From assembly GCA_964511965.1 (NCBI GenBank), contig CAZEGF010000022.1, positions 12,101-76,100 on the forward strand: a stretch of 64,000 nt of DNA. The letters run 5' to 3'. This DNA is from an uncultured Gammaproteobacteria bacterium. Its GTDB lineage: Bacteria; Patescibacteriota; Microgenomatia; Levybacterales; GWA1-39-11. Shown here one piece after another: positions 36,580 to 46,909 of the stretch. Below the pieces are notes generated by a model, which was not told where the DNA came from, made no database searches, and was given only the letters and a program-made list of their open reading frames with translations. Numbering within the stretch: the stretch's first letter is position 1; each line of letters begins with the position of its first letter. The position numbers and the translations under genes were made by a program.

Positions 36580-38232
36580 ATGGATCCACAATTACTGTCC
36601 GAGCTTACTAAGGTTGTTGAAGGAGATGTCTCTTCTGATCAAACTACCCTTAACGAATATAGTCACGACGCTTCATTATTTGAAGTAATTCCACAAGCGG
36701 TAGTTTTCCCCAAAAACCAAAAAGATGTAGAAAATTTGGTTACATTTGTCGCAAAGAATAAGAAAAAATATCCAAAACTATCTCTTACTGGAAGAAGTGC
36801 AGGGACAGACATGGGGGGAGGGTCTATCAACGACTCAATTATTGTAGCTTTTTCAAAATATTTCAATGCAACACCAACAATTAAAGAAAGAATTGCAACA
36901 ACCCAACCTGGTGTATTTTACCGCGATTTTGAAAAAGAAACTTTAAAAGAAGGGCTATTGTTCCCTTCATATCCTGCATCACGAGGACTTTGCGCAATGG
37001 GTGGAATTGTTAACAATAATTCGGGAGGAGAAAAATCATTGCAGTATGGCAAAACTGAGCGGTATGTCAAAAGTGTAAAAGTAGTTCTTCGAGACGGGAA
37101 AACATATGAGTTCAAAAAAATAACAGAGGCGGCTTTAGAAAAGAAGATGGAACAAAAAGATCTAGAGGGGGAGATATATCGTGAGATGTTTCATTTGATC
37201 AAAAACAACTACGATGAAATAATGGCAGCAAAACCTCAAGTTAGCAAAAATTCAGCAGGGTATTATTTGTGGAATGTGTGGGATCGTGAAGAAAAGACTT
37301 TTGATTTAACGAAGTTATGGGTAGGAGCGCAAGGAACACTGGGACTTCTTCTCGAAGCAGATATAGAGTTGGTTCCAATACACACACACCGTGAGATGGT
37401 AGTGGTATTTCTTCATGAACTTTCTCATTTAGGAGAAATAATTAATGCAGCACTCCCACTAAAACCCGAAAGCTTTGAGTCATACGATGACAATACGCTT
37501 AAGCTTGCTCTTAAATATTTTCCTGAATTTGCAAAGCAGTTAGGGGCAAAAGGATTTATAGGTAGTGGGATTGCATTTTTCCCTGAATTTTTAATGGTTA
37601 TGCGAAGTGGACTTCCAAAATTAGTTCTTCAAATTGATTTTACCGGAAATGATCCGACGGAGCTTGCTCAAAAGGTAGCAACTCTTAAAGAAAAATTAAA
37701 ACCATTCCATCCACAAATTAAAATTGCCATCGAATCTCAAGAAGAGAAATACTGGTTGATAAGACGTGAAAGCTTCAATCTTCTTAGAAAAAAGATCAAG
37801 AATAAACATACAGCTCCATTTATTGATGATTTTGTTATAAAACCAGAATATATTGCAGAGGTGATGCCTCAAATCAATAAAATTATTCAACGTCATAAGA
37901 ATTTTATTTATACGGTTGCAGGACATGTAGGGGATGGAAATTTTCATATAATCCCACTTGTTGATATAACCAAAAAATCAATAAGAGATGCAATTCCTCA
38001 GATCTCCAAAGAGGTTTATGAACTTATCATAAAATACGGAGGATCAATAACCGGTGAGCATAACGATGGTCTTGTGAGAACTCCGTATTTACGGCAAATG
38101 TATGGAACAAAAATGTATGAACTTTTTGAAAAAACGAAAAATATTTTTGATCCGGAAAATATATTTAATCCCCGTAAAAAAGTGGGGGTGACAATGGATT
38201 ACTCAATGCAACATCTCCGCATGCACTGGTAG
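36580..38232 (+). CDS. FAD-linked oxidase (GlcD / D-lactate dehydrogenase family)
   Basis: N-terminal FAD_binding_4 pattern (VVFPKNQKDVENLVTFVAKNK...LSLTGRSAGTDMGGGSIND) and a C-terminal oxidase domain. Confidence 0.8.
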   Translation: MDPQLLSELTKVVEGDVSSDQTTLNEYSHDASLFEVIPQAVVFPKNQKDVENLVTFVAKNKKKYPKLSLTGRSAGTDMGGGSINDSIIVAFSKYFNATPTIKERIATTQPGVFYRDFEKETLKEGLLFPSYPASRGLCAMGGIVNNNSGGEKSLQYGKTERYVKSVKVVLRDGKTYEFKKITEAALEKKMEQKDLEGEIYREMFHLIKNNYDEIMAAKPQVSKNSAGYYLWNVWDREEKTFDLTKLWVGAQGTLGLLLEADIELVPIHTHREMVVVFLHELSHLGEIINAALPLKPESFESYDDNTLKLALKYFPEFAKQLGAKGFIGSGIAFFPEFLMVMRSGLPKLVLQIDFTGNDPTELAQKVATLKEKLKPFHPQIKIAIESQEEKYWLIRRESFNLLRKKIKNKHTAPFIDDFVIKPEYIAEVMPQINKIIQRHKNFIYTVAGHVGDGNFHIIPLVDITKKSIRDAIPQISKEVYELIIKYGGSITGEHNDGLVRTPYLRQMYGTKMYELFEKTKNIFDPENIFNPRKKVGVTMDYSMQHLRMHW

Positions 38233-38290
38233 ATTTTTAACCTCAAAAAACTTGCCGAACGACCCATAATATGAGATAATTCCCACTCAT

Positions 38291-39331
38291 ATGATGAATC
38301 CAAAAATTGCAAAAGAAGCTCGCGGTCTTTATTCAAGGGCTGAGCGGGAACTTGAGCATTTGGAAATTGCTCGTGCATCAAACACAGAGCTAGCAGTTGC
38401 TGAAGGAATAACCCACGTCGCAGAGTCGATAACACACTCAAAAAGAAACAGTGCTTTACTCTTTGGAGGTATCCTTGGGGTATTTGGTGCTCATCAAGTA
38501 ATAGGAAATGAAAACTTTACTCTGATATCCTCGATTCCGGTCAATGTAGTTGGCGGAATGGTTTTGGGTGAAACAACAAAGCTTGCAACAAGATTTCATC
38601 GCAACAGGGTACAAAAAGAAGGTATTAAAACTCTTGAAGCACCATTAAAGCCGCCAAGTGATGAAATCAAATTGGCTCAAGTGAGAGAGGCTGTCCGCGA
38701 CCTTCTAAGTATTGCACCAGAAGCACCTGTTAAATCAGGAGAAGTTGACCGCTGGGTTGAAAAAAGTCAGATGAACGCAATATACAATGGAGATCCTAGG
38801 GTTACTATAGCTAAAAAACTTCACAAGAGAGTTTCTGAATTTCATCCTGATCACCCAGAAAATGTTTCTGTCCCGGCATTTATGAGGGCTCATGTAGAAA
38901 TGCTAGAGAATAAGAGAACCCGTAGGTCTATTGCCGGTGAAGCAAGACGTCTCTTGTTGGATCAAGCGGCGGGACAAGCTGCGGTATTCGGTCTGTGGGC
39001 ATCAAGTCTCTATGCTTTTGGGAGCAGATACTCTGCGCTGACGGGTGGAGCAGATGATGTTGCGACTTTGGGTCTCATTTATCTTTTCACTCCGGCTAAG
39101 AAAATATTTACTAGTGAAACTGCTCATGACTTATATAATGCTTCGAAGGAAGCGTATAAAAAAGTTGCTTTTTGGAAGAGAGATGAGTTACCGCAAGAAC
39201 CAATTCGTTTGCTAGAAGCTCCAAAACAAGACCAATCAATTGATGCAATACTTCTTAATCCTAATGACGAAATCATAATTGATTCAACGCAAGATTTCGC
39301 AATTTCCGATCCTTCTGATTTTACCTCTTGA
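38291..39331 (+). CDS. Hypothetical protein
   Basis: 346-aa ORF; possibly membrane-associated in the middle (GGILGVFGAHQVIG). Confidence 0.45.
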   Translation: MMNPKIAKEARGLYSRAERELEHLEIARASNTELAVAEGITHVAESITHSKRNSALLFGGILGVFGAHQVIGNENFTLISSIPVNVVGGMVLGETTKLATRFHRNRVQKEGIKTLEAPLKPPSDEIKLAQVREAVRDLLSIAPEAPVKSGEVDRWVEKSQMNAIYNGDPRVTIAKKLHKRVSEFHPDHPENVSVPAFMRAHVEMLENKRTRRSIAGEARRLLLDQAAGQAAVFGLWASSLYAFGSRYSALTGGADDVATLGLIYLFTPAKKIFTSETAHDLYNASKEAYKKVAFWKRDELPQEPIRLLEAPKQDQSIDAILLNPNDEIIIDSTQDFAISDPSDFTS

Positions 39332-39361
39332 CAGAAATTGTAGGCTTGTTATGCTTGATGT

Positions 39362-39979
39362 ATGGCTGCCTCAAAAAAGTCCTCTAATAATCTTCCAAAG
39401 ATCATAATTATAGTAGTAATTCTTCTTCTTTTAGGTGCAGGTGCATATTTTGTATTGGGAAATGGTAAAAATTCTATGATGGGTTCTGCCGTCAATAAGA
39501 TCACTTCTGCAAAAGATCTTCTAACTGCATCAGTTAGCATGCATTGTGAATATGACGAGAATAACATGCATTCCAAAGTTGAAATTAAAAATGGTGCAGT
39601 AAGAGTTGACAGTACCGGTCAAGGTGATGAGCAAAATGGAAGCATAATATTAAAGGGAAAGAGAATGTGGATGTGGCACGGAAAAGAAGGATATATTTAC
39701 AACATCCCCGATGAAGTGGATAGCAATGGAAAAACAGTTGACTCACAGTCAAATCAAAAAGAAGACTTGATGAAATCACTTGAAGCATACAAGGATGCTT
39801 GTAAGCCAGGTGTGGTAAGCGACAGCATTTTTGATGCTCCGGGAGATGTAAAATTCACTGATATGAATGATATGATGAAGCAAAATTCGGGAGACATGAT
39901 GAAATATCAGCAACAATATCAACAACAATATACACCACCAAGCAACGAATCTGATTCATCCTCAAACGACGGTTACTAG
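39362..39979 (+). CDS. Hypothetical secreted or membrane-anchored protein
   Basis: N-terminal TM IIIIVVILLLLGAGAYFVL. C-terminal Q-rich tail. Confidence 0.5.
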   Translation: MAASKKSSNNLPKIIIIVVILLLLGAGAYFVLGNGKNSMMGSAVNKITSAKDLLTASVSMHCEYDENNMHSKVEIKNGAVRVDSTGQGDEQNGSIILKGKRMWMWHGKEGYIYNIPDEVDSNGKTVDSQSNQKEDLMKSLEAYKDACKPGVVSDSIFDAPGDVKFTDMNDMMKQNSGDMMKYQQQYQQQYTPPSNESDSSSNDGY

Positions 39980-40032
39980 ACCTAATCTACTTGCTATATC
40001 TTTAAAATATTATTTGTATTCTTTATTACCTC

Positions 40033-40473
40033 TTGTTATACTGGGACTTGTTTTCTATGAAAAAAACCAAGCTTTCAAAAGAAAAACCAACATTACTCAG
40101 ACCAAGTTGCGATACAAAAACTCTTCTTGATGGTCGTGGTGGAATATTTACTTGGGTACCACAAGACGTTATCAAAGAATTTAATCTTTTATACTTTAAT
40201 ACCGGAATTATTCGAGGGAATCACTATCACCCGGAATTTGTAGAATATTTTCTTGTTGTTGAGGGATCTGGAGCGATGGTTTATAAAGAAGAGAAAGGAA
40301 CTCCTGAGAATGTTGTTCATATGAGTCGTGGTACCTGCGTTAGAACTCCCCCAGGTGTTGCACATGCGTTTCAAGCAATAACAAATGTTACAGCTGTTGC
40401 TTTACTTACCAAGCCATGGGATGACTGCAAGACTCCGATTGTCAGAATTGATGTTATACAGAAATCTTCATGA
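40033..40473 (+). CDS. Cupin-fold sugar-nucleotide isomerase/epimerase-like protein (FdtA/WxcM-like)
   Basis: Cupin motif GIIRGNHYHPEFVEYFLVVEGSG. Stop overlaps the next start (ATGA), indicating translational coupling with downstream sugar genes. Confidence 0.5.
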   Translation: MLYWDLFSMKKTKLSKEKPTLLRPSCDTKTLLDGRGGIFTWVPQDVIKEFNLLYFNTGIIRGNHYHPEFVEYFLVVEGSGAMVYKEEKGTPENVVHMSRGTCVRTPPGVAHAFQAITNVTAVALLTKPWDDCKTPIVRIDVIQKSS

Positions 40474-41168
40474 AACAGATTGCGCTAGTTGGAATAAATG
40501 GTTACATAGGTAGCGCACTTTTTGAAAAACTACGAAAAAATAAAAAATATAATGTTACCGGAGTAACACGTGATAATTATTCTATCTTTCAAAAAAAATC
40601 TTACGACTTGGTGATAAATGCTGCAATGCCATCCAAAAGGCTTTGGGCTGAGCAAAATCCTTTACTGGATTTTGATGAAACTGTAAAAAAAACGGCAGAT
40701 TTAGTGTACACATGGCAATACAAAAAATTCATACAAATTAGTACAATTTCTGCACGCTCAGAATTGGATCGAGTATATGGTAGAAATAAAGCAGCCGCAG
40801 AACGGATTTGCTTGGATGATAAAAATCTTATATTTAGATTAACATCAACATTTGGTGACAGGTTAACAAAAGGATCTGTTATTGATATACTCAATGGACA
40901 AAAGGTTTGGGTAGATGGTAGGAGCCGCTATAGTTTTGCAAGTCTTGAATTTGTTACAAGCTGGATTTCAGAAAATTTAGACAGAAAAGGAATTGTTGAG
41001 GTTGGAGCTAGAAATTCCCTGTCTTTAGAAAGAATTGCACACTATTTAGGAGTAAAGGTTTCCTTTCAAGGAAAAGTTGATCATCAAATTGTAAAAAATC
41101 CGTTGCCGGAATTTCCTGATGCAAGAGAAATATTAAAATACTTAAAGATGCGAATTAATAAAATATGA
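40470..41168 (+). CDS. NAD(P)-dependent sugar-nucleotide reductase/epimerase-like Rossmann protein
   Basis: N-terminal IALVGINGYIGSAL (GxxGxxG). Overlapping stop/start codons on both sides. Confidence 0.55.
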   Translation: MKQIALVGINGYIGSALFEKLRKNKKYNVTGVTRDNYSIFQKKSYDLVINAAMPSKRLWAEQNPLLDFDETVKKTADLVYTWQYKKFIQISTISARSELDRVYGRNKAAAERICLDDKNLIFRLTSTFGDRLTKGSVIDILNGQKVWVDGRSRYSFASLEFVTSWISENLDRKGIVEVGARNSLSLERIAHYLGVKVSFQGKVDHQIVKNPLPEFPDAREILKYLKMRINKI

Positions 41169-42421
41169 TAAATGTTACGAAAGTTAAAAAATGCAGAGTT
41201 TGCAACAATACTGATCTAGTCCCAGTTATTGATCTTGGAAGTCAATACCTTTCATCAGTTTTTCCTGAAAATTTAGCTTACCGCAAAAAAGCAGAAAAAT
41301 ATCCCTTAGATCTTGTCCTTTGTAAAAAAACTAAAGACACATGTGGAGCATTGCAACTGGCCCATTTTATTAATTTAGACAGTATGTATGAGTTGTATCC
41401 TTATTCAAGTTCTACCAATTCATCAATGGTCGGAATTTTAAAAGACGTTGTTGATAGTGCAATTCCATTAGTTCAACTAGAGCGTGATGATCTTATTTTG
41501 GATATTGGAGGTAATGATGGAACGTTATTATCTTTTTTTGCAAAAGAAAAATTGGATCTTTTAACAATTGATCCTGCCCAGAAAATCAAACAAGTTTTTA
41601 AATCAAATAGATACAGATATATTTGCGATTTTTTCAATAAAAAAACTTTTGAGAAAGCGACTAATAAAAAAGCAAAACTCATTTTTAGTATCGCAATGTT
41701 TTATCATTTATCTGATCCTATTTCTTTTTCAAAAGAAGTACGAAGTGCCCTTGCCGATGATGGGGTATGGGTTATTCAAATGGCGTATTTGCCAACAATG
41801 ATAACAACCAATATGTACGACAATATCGTTCATGAACACGCCGGGTATTATACTGCAACAAATATGGTGTGGATTATGGAAAGAGCGGGGTTAGAAGTAT
41901 TTGACGTGATGCTTAATGACGTATATGGTGGAAGTTTTAGAATCTTTGTTAAAAAAACCTCAAACACAAAACTTAAAACTACCAAGAGACTTAGGAAAAT
42001 ATTAGATGATGAGAAGAAACAGAAATTAACCAACACCAAAACATACACTGATTTTATGAATAGAATTGAGAAAACAAAAACAGATCTCAAAAAGTTAATT
42101 GCAAAAATTAAAAAACAAAACAAAAGCATTTGGATTTATGGGGCATCAACAAAAGGTAGTACAATCCTTCAGTTTTGCGATATAACAAATAAAGATATTG
42201 TCGCAGCAGCTGATAGTAATCCATTTAAATTCGGCAAATATATAATTGGCGCCGATATCCCAATAAAAGACGAAAAAGCATTAAGAAAAGCAAAACCAGA
42301 TTATCTTCTTGCCTTGCCATATAGTTTTGTTGATGGGTTTATAAGTAGAGAAAAAGAACTAGTAAAAAACGGAACAAAATTCATTGTTCCACTTCCCCGT
42401 GTGAAAGTAATTCCAAAGTAG
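41165..42421 (+). CDS. NDP-hexose C-methyltransferase-like SAM methyltransferase with an N-terminal zinc ribbon (TylCIII-like)
   Basis: CRVCNN zinc ribbon, LDIGGNDG SAM motif I, and a C-terminal C-methyltransferase-like region. Confidence 0.6.
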   Translation: MINVTKVKKCRVCNNTDLVPVIDLGSQYLSSVFPENLAYRKKAEKYPLDLVLCKKTKDTCGALQLAHFINLDSMYELYPYSSSTNSSMVGILKDVVDSAIPLVQLERDDLILDIGGNDGTLLSFFAKEKLDLLTIDPAQKIKQVFKSNRYRYICDFFNKKTFEKATNKKAKLIFSIAMFYHLSDPISFSKEVRSALADDGVWVIQMAYLPTMITTNMYDNIVHEHAGYYTATNMVWIMERAGLEVFDVMLNDVYGGSFRIFVKKTSNTKLKTTKRLRKILDDEKKQKLTNTKTYTDFMNRIEKTKTDLKKLIAKIKKQNKSIWIYGASTKGSTILQFCDITNKDIVAAADSNPFKFGKYIIGADIPIKDEKALRKAKPDYLLALPYSFVDGFISREKELVKNGTKFIVPLPRVKVIPK

Positions 42422-42436
42422 TATAATTTTTCCCTT

Positions 42437-42877
42437 ATGTTAGAGAGTAGATTGTTTAAAATTGGTGGTATCGCTCTTTCCGGGATGTTATTATTTGCAT
42501 CTTGTGAGCAAGACAGAAACACATCATTCACAAGATGTGAATATGATAATAACCCTCAAAGTACTGGTGATGAACCGATTTATTTACGCGAGAATAGGAT
42601 AGGAACTAACTACGAATTAACATTGGGAGAAAATAAATTTTTAAGAAATCCGGATACTGGTGTGCTTGAATGGATAGTGAAAGGAGTAAAGCAAGAAATG
42701 TTTCCTGACAATGAAATAATTGTTTTTGATAACCACACGGGGAGAACTGCAGATTTAACAATAACAAATCACGAAAAATTTATTAAAGTAGATATTACAA
42801 CTGAGTGTAACAGTAATAAACCCCTAACACCAGTTTTAACTACTGGCGGGATGCTTCAAGACTCAAGTACTCAATAA
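42437..42877 (+). CDS. Hypothetical lipoprotein
   Basis: Lipobox LLFASC after the signal segment. Confidence 0.5.
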   Translation: MLESRLFKIGGIALSGMLLFASCEQDRNTSFTRCEYDNNPQSTGDEPIYLRENRIGTNYELTLGENKFLRNPDTGVLEWIVKGVKQEMFPDNEIIVFDNHTGRTADLTITNHEKFIKVDITTECNSNKPLTPVLTTGGMLQDSSTQ

Positions 42878-44186
42878 CCAAATCTGGAACATAAATAAAA
42901 TCAGTCTTTTTATATCCATTGCGAAGTAGTGCATCAGCAACACTTTTAGAAAGAACTACAGGGTAATAGTCGTCGATTTTTCGAGCAAGAGTTTGTTGTT
43001 CTGTTTGGTCTTCTAAAAGATCATAGCCAATTGTCAGAATACCTTTCGTTATCTTTTTTGGTTTGTATTTTAAAATATCCAGTCTGTCATAAAATCTTTT
43101 CTTGTATTCTTGTATCCCTTCTTTTGTTGCACGAAAAGCAATAACTCGCCCATTTGCAATTTCGATAACCTTCTTAAGAACAATATCAGTTGGATCAATT
43201 ATTGTTACGTTAGGATATTTTTTGGAAATTGTCTCAAGGCTTATTACATCCTCGCTTTTTTGAATTTTTCCCCGTCTATCTTCAGATTGGACTACTGATT
43301 TGTGAAATCGGTCTCCAACAATTAAAATTCTTTTTGGCTTCCATTTGTTTTGTTTTTCAATGGTACGAAGGTCTTGGCATAAAATATCTAATTTATGTGG
43401 AGATAAATCATATGAATTTGCTCCTGGTAAAAATATTTGGTCATCTTTGACAGGGAAGAAAATATATTCACCGGTAGTTTTGTCACAAACTCTGTTAATT
43501 ACTTTTTCAAGTGCATCATATGAAGAATTTGCATCATAATAATTCCATATATTTGTGTAGCTGGGTTTTACACTGGCAATTGTTACCGCATCCAATTTTT
43601 TATGATTGTGGACAAATTGAGTCGCAATAAAATCCCCATTTCCGGAAAAAAGAACAGAATGTCCTTTGGAAAGATCAAGATTTAGAGTTCCGTCGGATAG
43701 ACTTTTTGTAAGTATTCCTTTTGCGAAATTTACTTTATCAACCCATGTTCTTCGATCTATAGCATCAAACAATTTTTTAATTCCCAAAAATCCAAAAGAA
43801 TAGAGGATGATATTTGGGACATGGTACAAAATATTTTTTTGATCAACAGTGTCACCAATAATATTCCATACGTAATTTAATCCGTTAAAAATAGGATCTG
43901 GTAAATTTGTCCAGGAGGGTAGACTTTTTGAAAAATGATCTGCAAACTGGGGGAAAACTGCCATCATAAATCCAAGAGTTAGTCCTAAAGGCACTGCGGA
44001 TTTTTTCAAAAAGCCAACGGTTTTTGATTCCTCATCCCGCTTTTCAAAAGCAAGAATAAGATCCATCTCATTTGGAGTTATTTTGTTATTTGTTGTAATC
44101 TTTTTGGAAACAGTAAGTAACTGCTTTTTAGAATACTTCATAATATTTTGTGTATTGTAACGTAAAGGATAGAAAAAATAAAACAT
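42840..44186 (-). CDS. Hypothetical protein; likely start at the internal MKYSKKQ, about 44141
   Basis: 448-aa ORF; no recognisable motif. Confidence 0.45.
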   Translation of the reverse strand: MFYFFYPLRYNTQNIMKYSKKQLLTVSKKITTNNKITPNEMDLILAFEKRDEESKTVGFLKKSAVPLGLTLGFMMAVFPQFADHFSKSLPSWTNLPDPIFNGLNYVWNIIGDTVDQKNILYHVPNIILYSFGFLGIKKLFDAIDRRTWVDKVNFAKGILTKSLSDGTLNLDLSKGHSVLFSGNGDFIATQFVHNHKKLDAVTIASVKPSYTNIWNYYDANSSYDALEKVINRVCDKTTGEYIFFPVKDDQIFLPGANSYDLSPHKLDILCQDLRTIEKQNKWKPKRILIVGDRFHKSVVQSEDRRGKIQKSEDVISLETISKKYPNVTIIDPTDIVLKKVIEIANGRVIAFRATKEGIQEYKKRFYDRLDILKYKPKKITKGILTIGYDLLEDQTEQQTLARKIDDYYPVVLSKSVADALLRNGYKKTDFIYVPDLVIEYLSLEASRQ

Positions 44187-44252
44187 ATAGACATATATTA
44201 AAATTTGGAGAATAATAAAATTAATATGATAATTAACAAAGGAGGTGAGTCT

Positions 44253-44423
44253 ATGAAAAATAATGCAGGATCAGGTGCTATTTATGGTCTCGGTGTTCTA
44301 GGAGCTCTTGTTTATTTCCTTCAGCATGCAACTTCTTTTGTTGATGGTCTCATAGGTATAATACAAGCAGTTTTTTGGCCGGGAGTAGTGCTATATAAAG
44401 TTTTGGAAATGTTAAAACTTTAG
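44253..44423 (+). CDS. Small hydrophobic protein (56 aa), possibly Pmp3/YqaE-like
   Basis: Strong RBS aaaggaggtgagtctATG. Two TM helices. Weak WPGVVLYKVL resemblance to Pmp3. Confidence 0.4.
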   Translation: MKNNAGSGAIYGLGVLGALVYFLQHATSFVDGLIGIIQAVFWPGVVLYKVLEMLKL

Positions 44424-45118
44424 GTCGAACGGAAAATTTCGACGTTGAATGGGTCGGGATAAGGATTACTTACCTTTTCAAATCTCTCTTCCCACATACG
44501 GGGGAATGCACTAACCTCTTTCATACCACACGTAACAACAGTAATAGGTTTGGTTTCCGCAATTTTTCGCAAATTATTTTCTACTGCAAATTGAGATTTC
44601 TGAGCATCGGGCCAAAAGGGATTGAACATAAAAAATATGGTTCCGTCATCCATTTCAGTTCTTGCCGCATCTCCATGAATAAATGTAGCATTTTCAATTT
44701 CAAAATGTTCTTTTATACCAGTTGCAGCTTCAAATCTATGTTCAACGAATTCTATACCTTTAAATGTTGCATCAGTTGTAAGAGCACCGTATAAAGTGAA
44801 GCGTCCATATCCTGAACCAATATCATAGACAATATCATCTTTAGTAGGATTGACTTCATGTAAAATAAGCTGCGCAAGTCTGTACGGAATTCCTTGATAA
44901 ATATAATCTCTATATGTCAGGCCATATCTGTCAGGGTATTGATGGTTGGATATGTATTCCTGTCCATAATAAGATATAAATCTCGGGATTCCCAAAAGGG
45001 TATCCAAAAAACACGAATCTATTTTCCCATCACCTTGATCCATGGCTTGAACTATATCTCGCAAATTCTGCGGTTCTTGTGATAACGCTTCTTGTAAAGG
45101 CCGATAATATTCAGACAT
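44420..45118 (-). CDS. Class I SAM-dependent methyltransferase
   Basis: Motif I VYDIGSGYGRF. Start taken at the ATG giving MSEYYRPLQ. The track ORF extends to a TTG at 45160. Confidence 0.65.
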   Translation of the reverse strand: MSEYYRPLQEALSQEPQNLRDIVQAMDQGDGKIDSCFLDTLLGIPRFISYYGQEYISNHQYPDRYGLTYRDYIYQGIPYRLAQLILHEVNPTKDDIVYDIGSGYGRFTLYGALTTDATFKGIEFVEHRFEAATGIKEHFEIENATFIHGDAARTEMDDGTIFFMFNPFWPDAQKSQFAVENNLRKIAETKPITVVTCGMKEVSAFPRMWEERFEKVSNPYPDPFNVEIFRST

Positions 45119-45241
45119 GAAGTGGATTATAGCTATGTTGACAGTATGATACAAGTTCAATAAGTATTTTGATTTTTACCTAATTTCCATCGAATATGAA
45201 TTTGTCCAAAAGATAGTTATACTAAATATATCCATGCAATT

Positions 45242-45460
45242 ATGAAATCTAAAAAACATTCCTCAAGCAAAAAGAGGTCACTAGCCAAATCATTTACATT
45301 CCGGGTTTTGATAATTTTTACTGATGGAATTATTGGATTTGCATTAACTCACAGATATGATCTGACAGTTGGATTTGTTATTTTTACAAATATAGCAAGT
45401 ACTATCATTTACTTTCTCCATGAAAGAGTATGGTCCAGGACTAGATGGGGAATTTCTTAA
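45242..45460 (+). CDS. DUF2061-like small membrane protein
   Basis: 72 aa with two TM helices and a C-terminal HERVW motif. Confidence 0.4.
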   Translation: MKSKKHSSSKKRSLAKSFTFRVLIIFTDGIIGFALTHRYDLTVGFVIFTNIASTIIYFLHERVWSRTRWGIS

Positions 45461-45490
45461 AAAAACTCTTTTTTGCTATAATCCCCTCAA

Positions 45491-46150
45491 ATGAGTTCGC
45501 CAGAAGGATCACTGCCTGACTTTTCACAATTTCACAGCTTAGAATTAGGGACCCGCATTGCTGAAGGGGGAGATAGTGTGGTGTATAGATTTGGAGGGTA
45601 TGTTGTTAAAGAATACAAGAATTCAATATATATTGACCAAGTAACTCAATACCAAAAAGCAACTGAGCAGGTTGTTGCATCTTTGATTGAAGATCCATTA
45701 ACTCAAGAAGTAAAAATTGGAGATGAAACGTGGGATGGAAGATACTATGCAAACCCAATAATAGAAGTTTTGAGCCCTCAACATTCTATAGGTCTTGTAA
45801 AAGCTGTCAGTAGATATATTGCAGGACCTAACGGAAATGATTTAATGTTAGGAACAAATGTTTATACTGGTAGGCTTCATCAGCAGCTTGATGAATTGGG
45901 TGACACTGCAGAAGCTACATTTCTTCGTGAAATTGGCAGAAAAATGCCCGAGCGAAAACTTAGAGACAATTTTTTGAGAAGTACATTATCCAATGCATTG
46001 ATGGAAAGGATAAGAATAGTAACGGGAGTCAGAAACCTTAGAACTCTATCTGCCTTGAATATAAAATATAGGGCGAATACTGAAAATCAGACATTAAATA
46101 TGATAGTCACCGATTTTGCAGACGATTTAGAAGACCTAGTGTTTCCATAG
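45491..46150 (+). CDS. Hypothetical protein
   Basis: 219-aa ORF. Confidence 0.45.
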   Translation: MSSPEGSLPDFSQFHSLELGTRIAEGGDSVVYRFGGYVVKEYKNSIYIDQVTQYQKATEQVVASLIEDPLTQEVKIGDETWDGRYYANPIIEVLSPQHSIGLVKAVSRYIAGPNGNDLMLGTNVYTGRLHQQLDELGDTAEATFLREIGRKMPERKLRDNFLRSTLSNALMERIRIVTGVRNLRTLSALNIKYRANTENQTLNMIVTDFADDLEDLVFP

Positions 46151-46159
46151 TGAAATATG

Positions 46160-46260
46160 CAAAGCAAGAAAAGCTTGGCTACGCTAAGCAAAGCCTGTGG
46201 GTTTTGAGAAAGCGATTCTTGTAAAGGCCGATAATATTCAGACATGGAGGAAATAATATC
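46160..46260 (-). pseudogene. Duplicated 5' fragment of the methyltransferase gene (MSEYYRPLQESLSQNPQAL...) fused to an aagcttggctacgctaagc repeat
   Basis: About 30 bp (cttgtaaaggccgataatattcagacatg) are identical to 45091-45119. The encoded N-terminus matches the first 19 aa of the MTase, then diverges into the dispersed repeat. Confidence 0.55.
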
Positions 46261-46293
46261 ACTCCACAACTCTGAAGGTAACCCGATTGAACT

Positions 46294-46896
46294 TTGACAA
46301 CATTGGTTCTCACAAGCATACAACTTCTTCCCTATAATTTAGAAACCCCCTGTTATATAATGACCCTCATGAAGTTATTCAACTTTAGTTTCAGAGATTT
46401 GGGATTGTCTTTTCTATCTTTCATTATAGTTCTCCTAATTTGGATGATGAGTTTCCTTCACGTTGGAAGATCAAATCTCTTCGTTTACAACGAAAAATTT
46501 GACTACATTCGAATATTGCTGTTTTCTATTTTTTACCAGATAGTAGCTATATTTTTTGTAACTTTTTTTGTATCAAAGTTTCTAAAGATCTGGATAATTT
46601 ATATATTTTCAATTTTACTTACAATCCTTATCATTTATTATCAACTTCCACACCAGATTACACTTTTGACAACACCTCTTCCAAATGGAAATTATGATTA
46701 TGTCGTTTATAATATGCAAACTTTTGCGGAACTCTCTGTACGACCCTGCGTAACTACTATGGTAAAACAGAAAGGTTCACCGGATTATTTCAATCTCGGA
46801 AATAAAAAGATTATTAAAGAAATTCGTAGAGTAAATTCAATATGTATCGATTATTCTAGAAAACCGAATTTTCAAAATTTCGAATACCCACTCTGA
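46294..46896 (+). CDS. Hypothetical polytopic membrane protein
   Basis: 200 aa with 4-5 TM helices. Confidence 0.45.
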   Translation: MTTLVLTSIQLLPYNLETPCYIMTLMKLFNFSFRDLGLSFLSFIIVLLIWMMSFLHVGRSNLFVYNEKFDYIRILLFSIFYQIVAIFFVTFFVSKFLKIWIIYIFSILLTILIIYYQLPHQITLLTTPLPNGNYDYVVYNMQTFAELSVRPCVTTMVKQKGSPDYFNLGNKKIIKEIRRVNSICIDYSRKPNFQNFEYPL

Positions 46897-46909
46897 TATA
46901 ATTACACTC

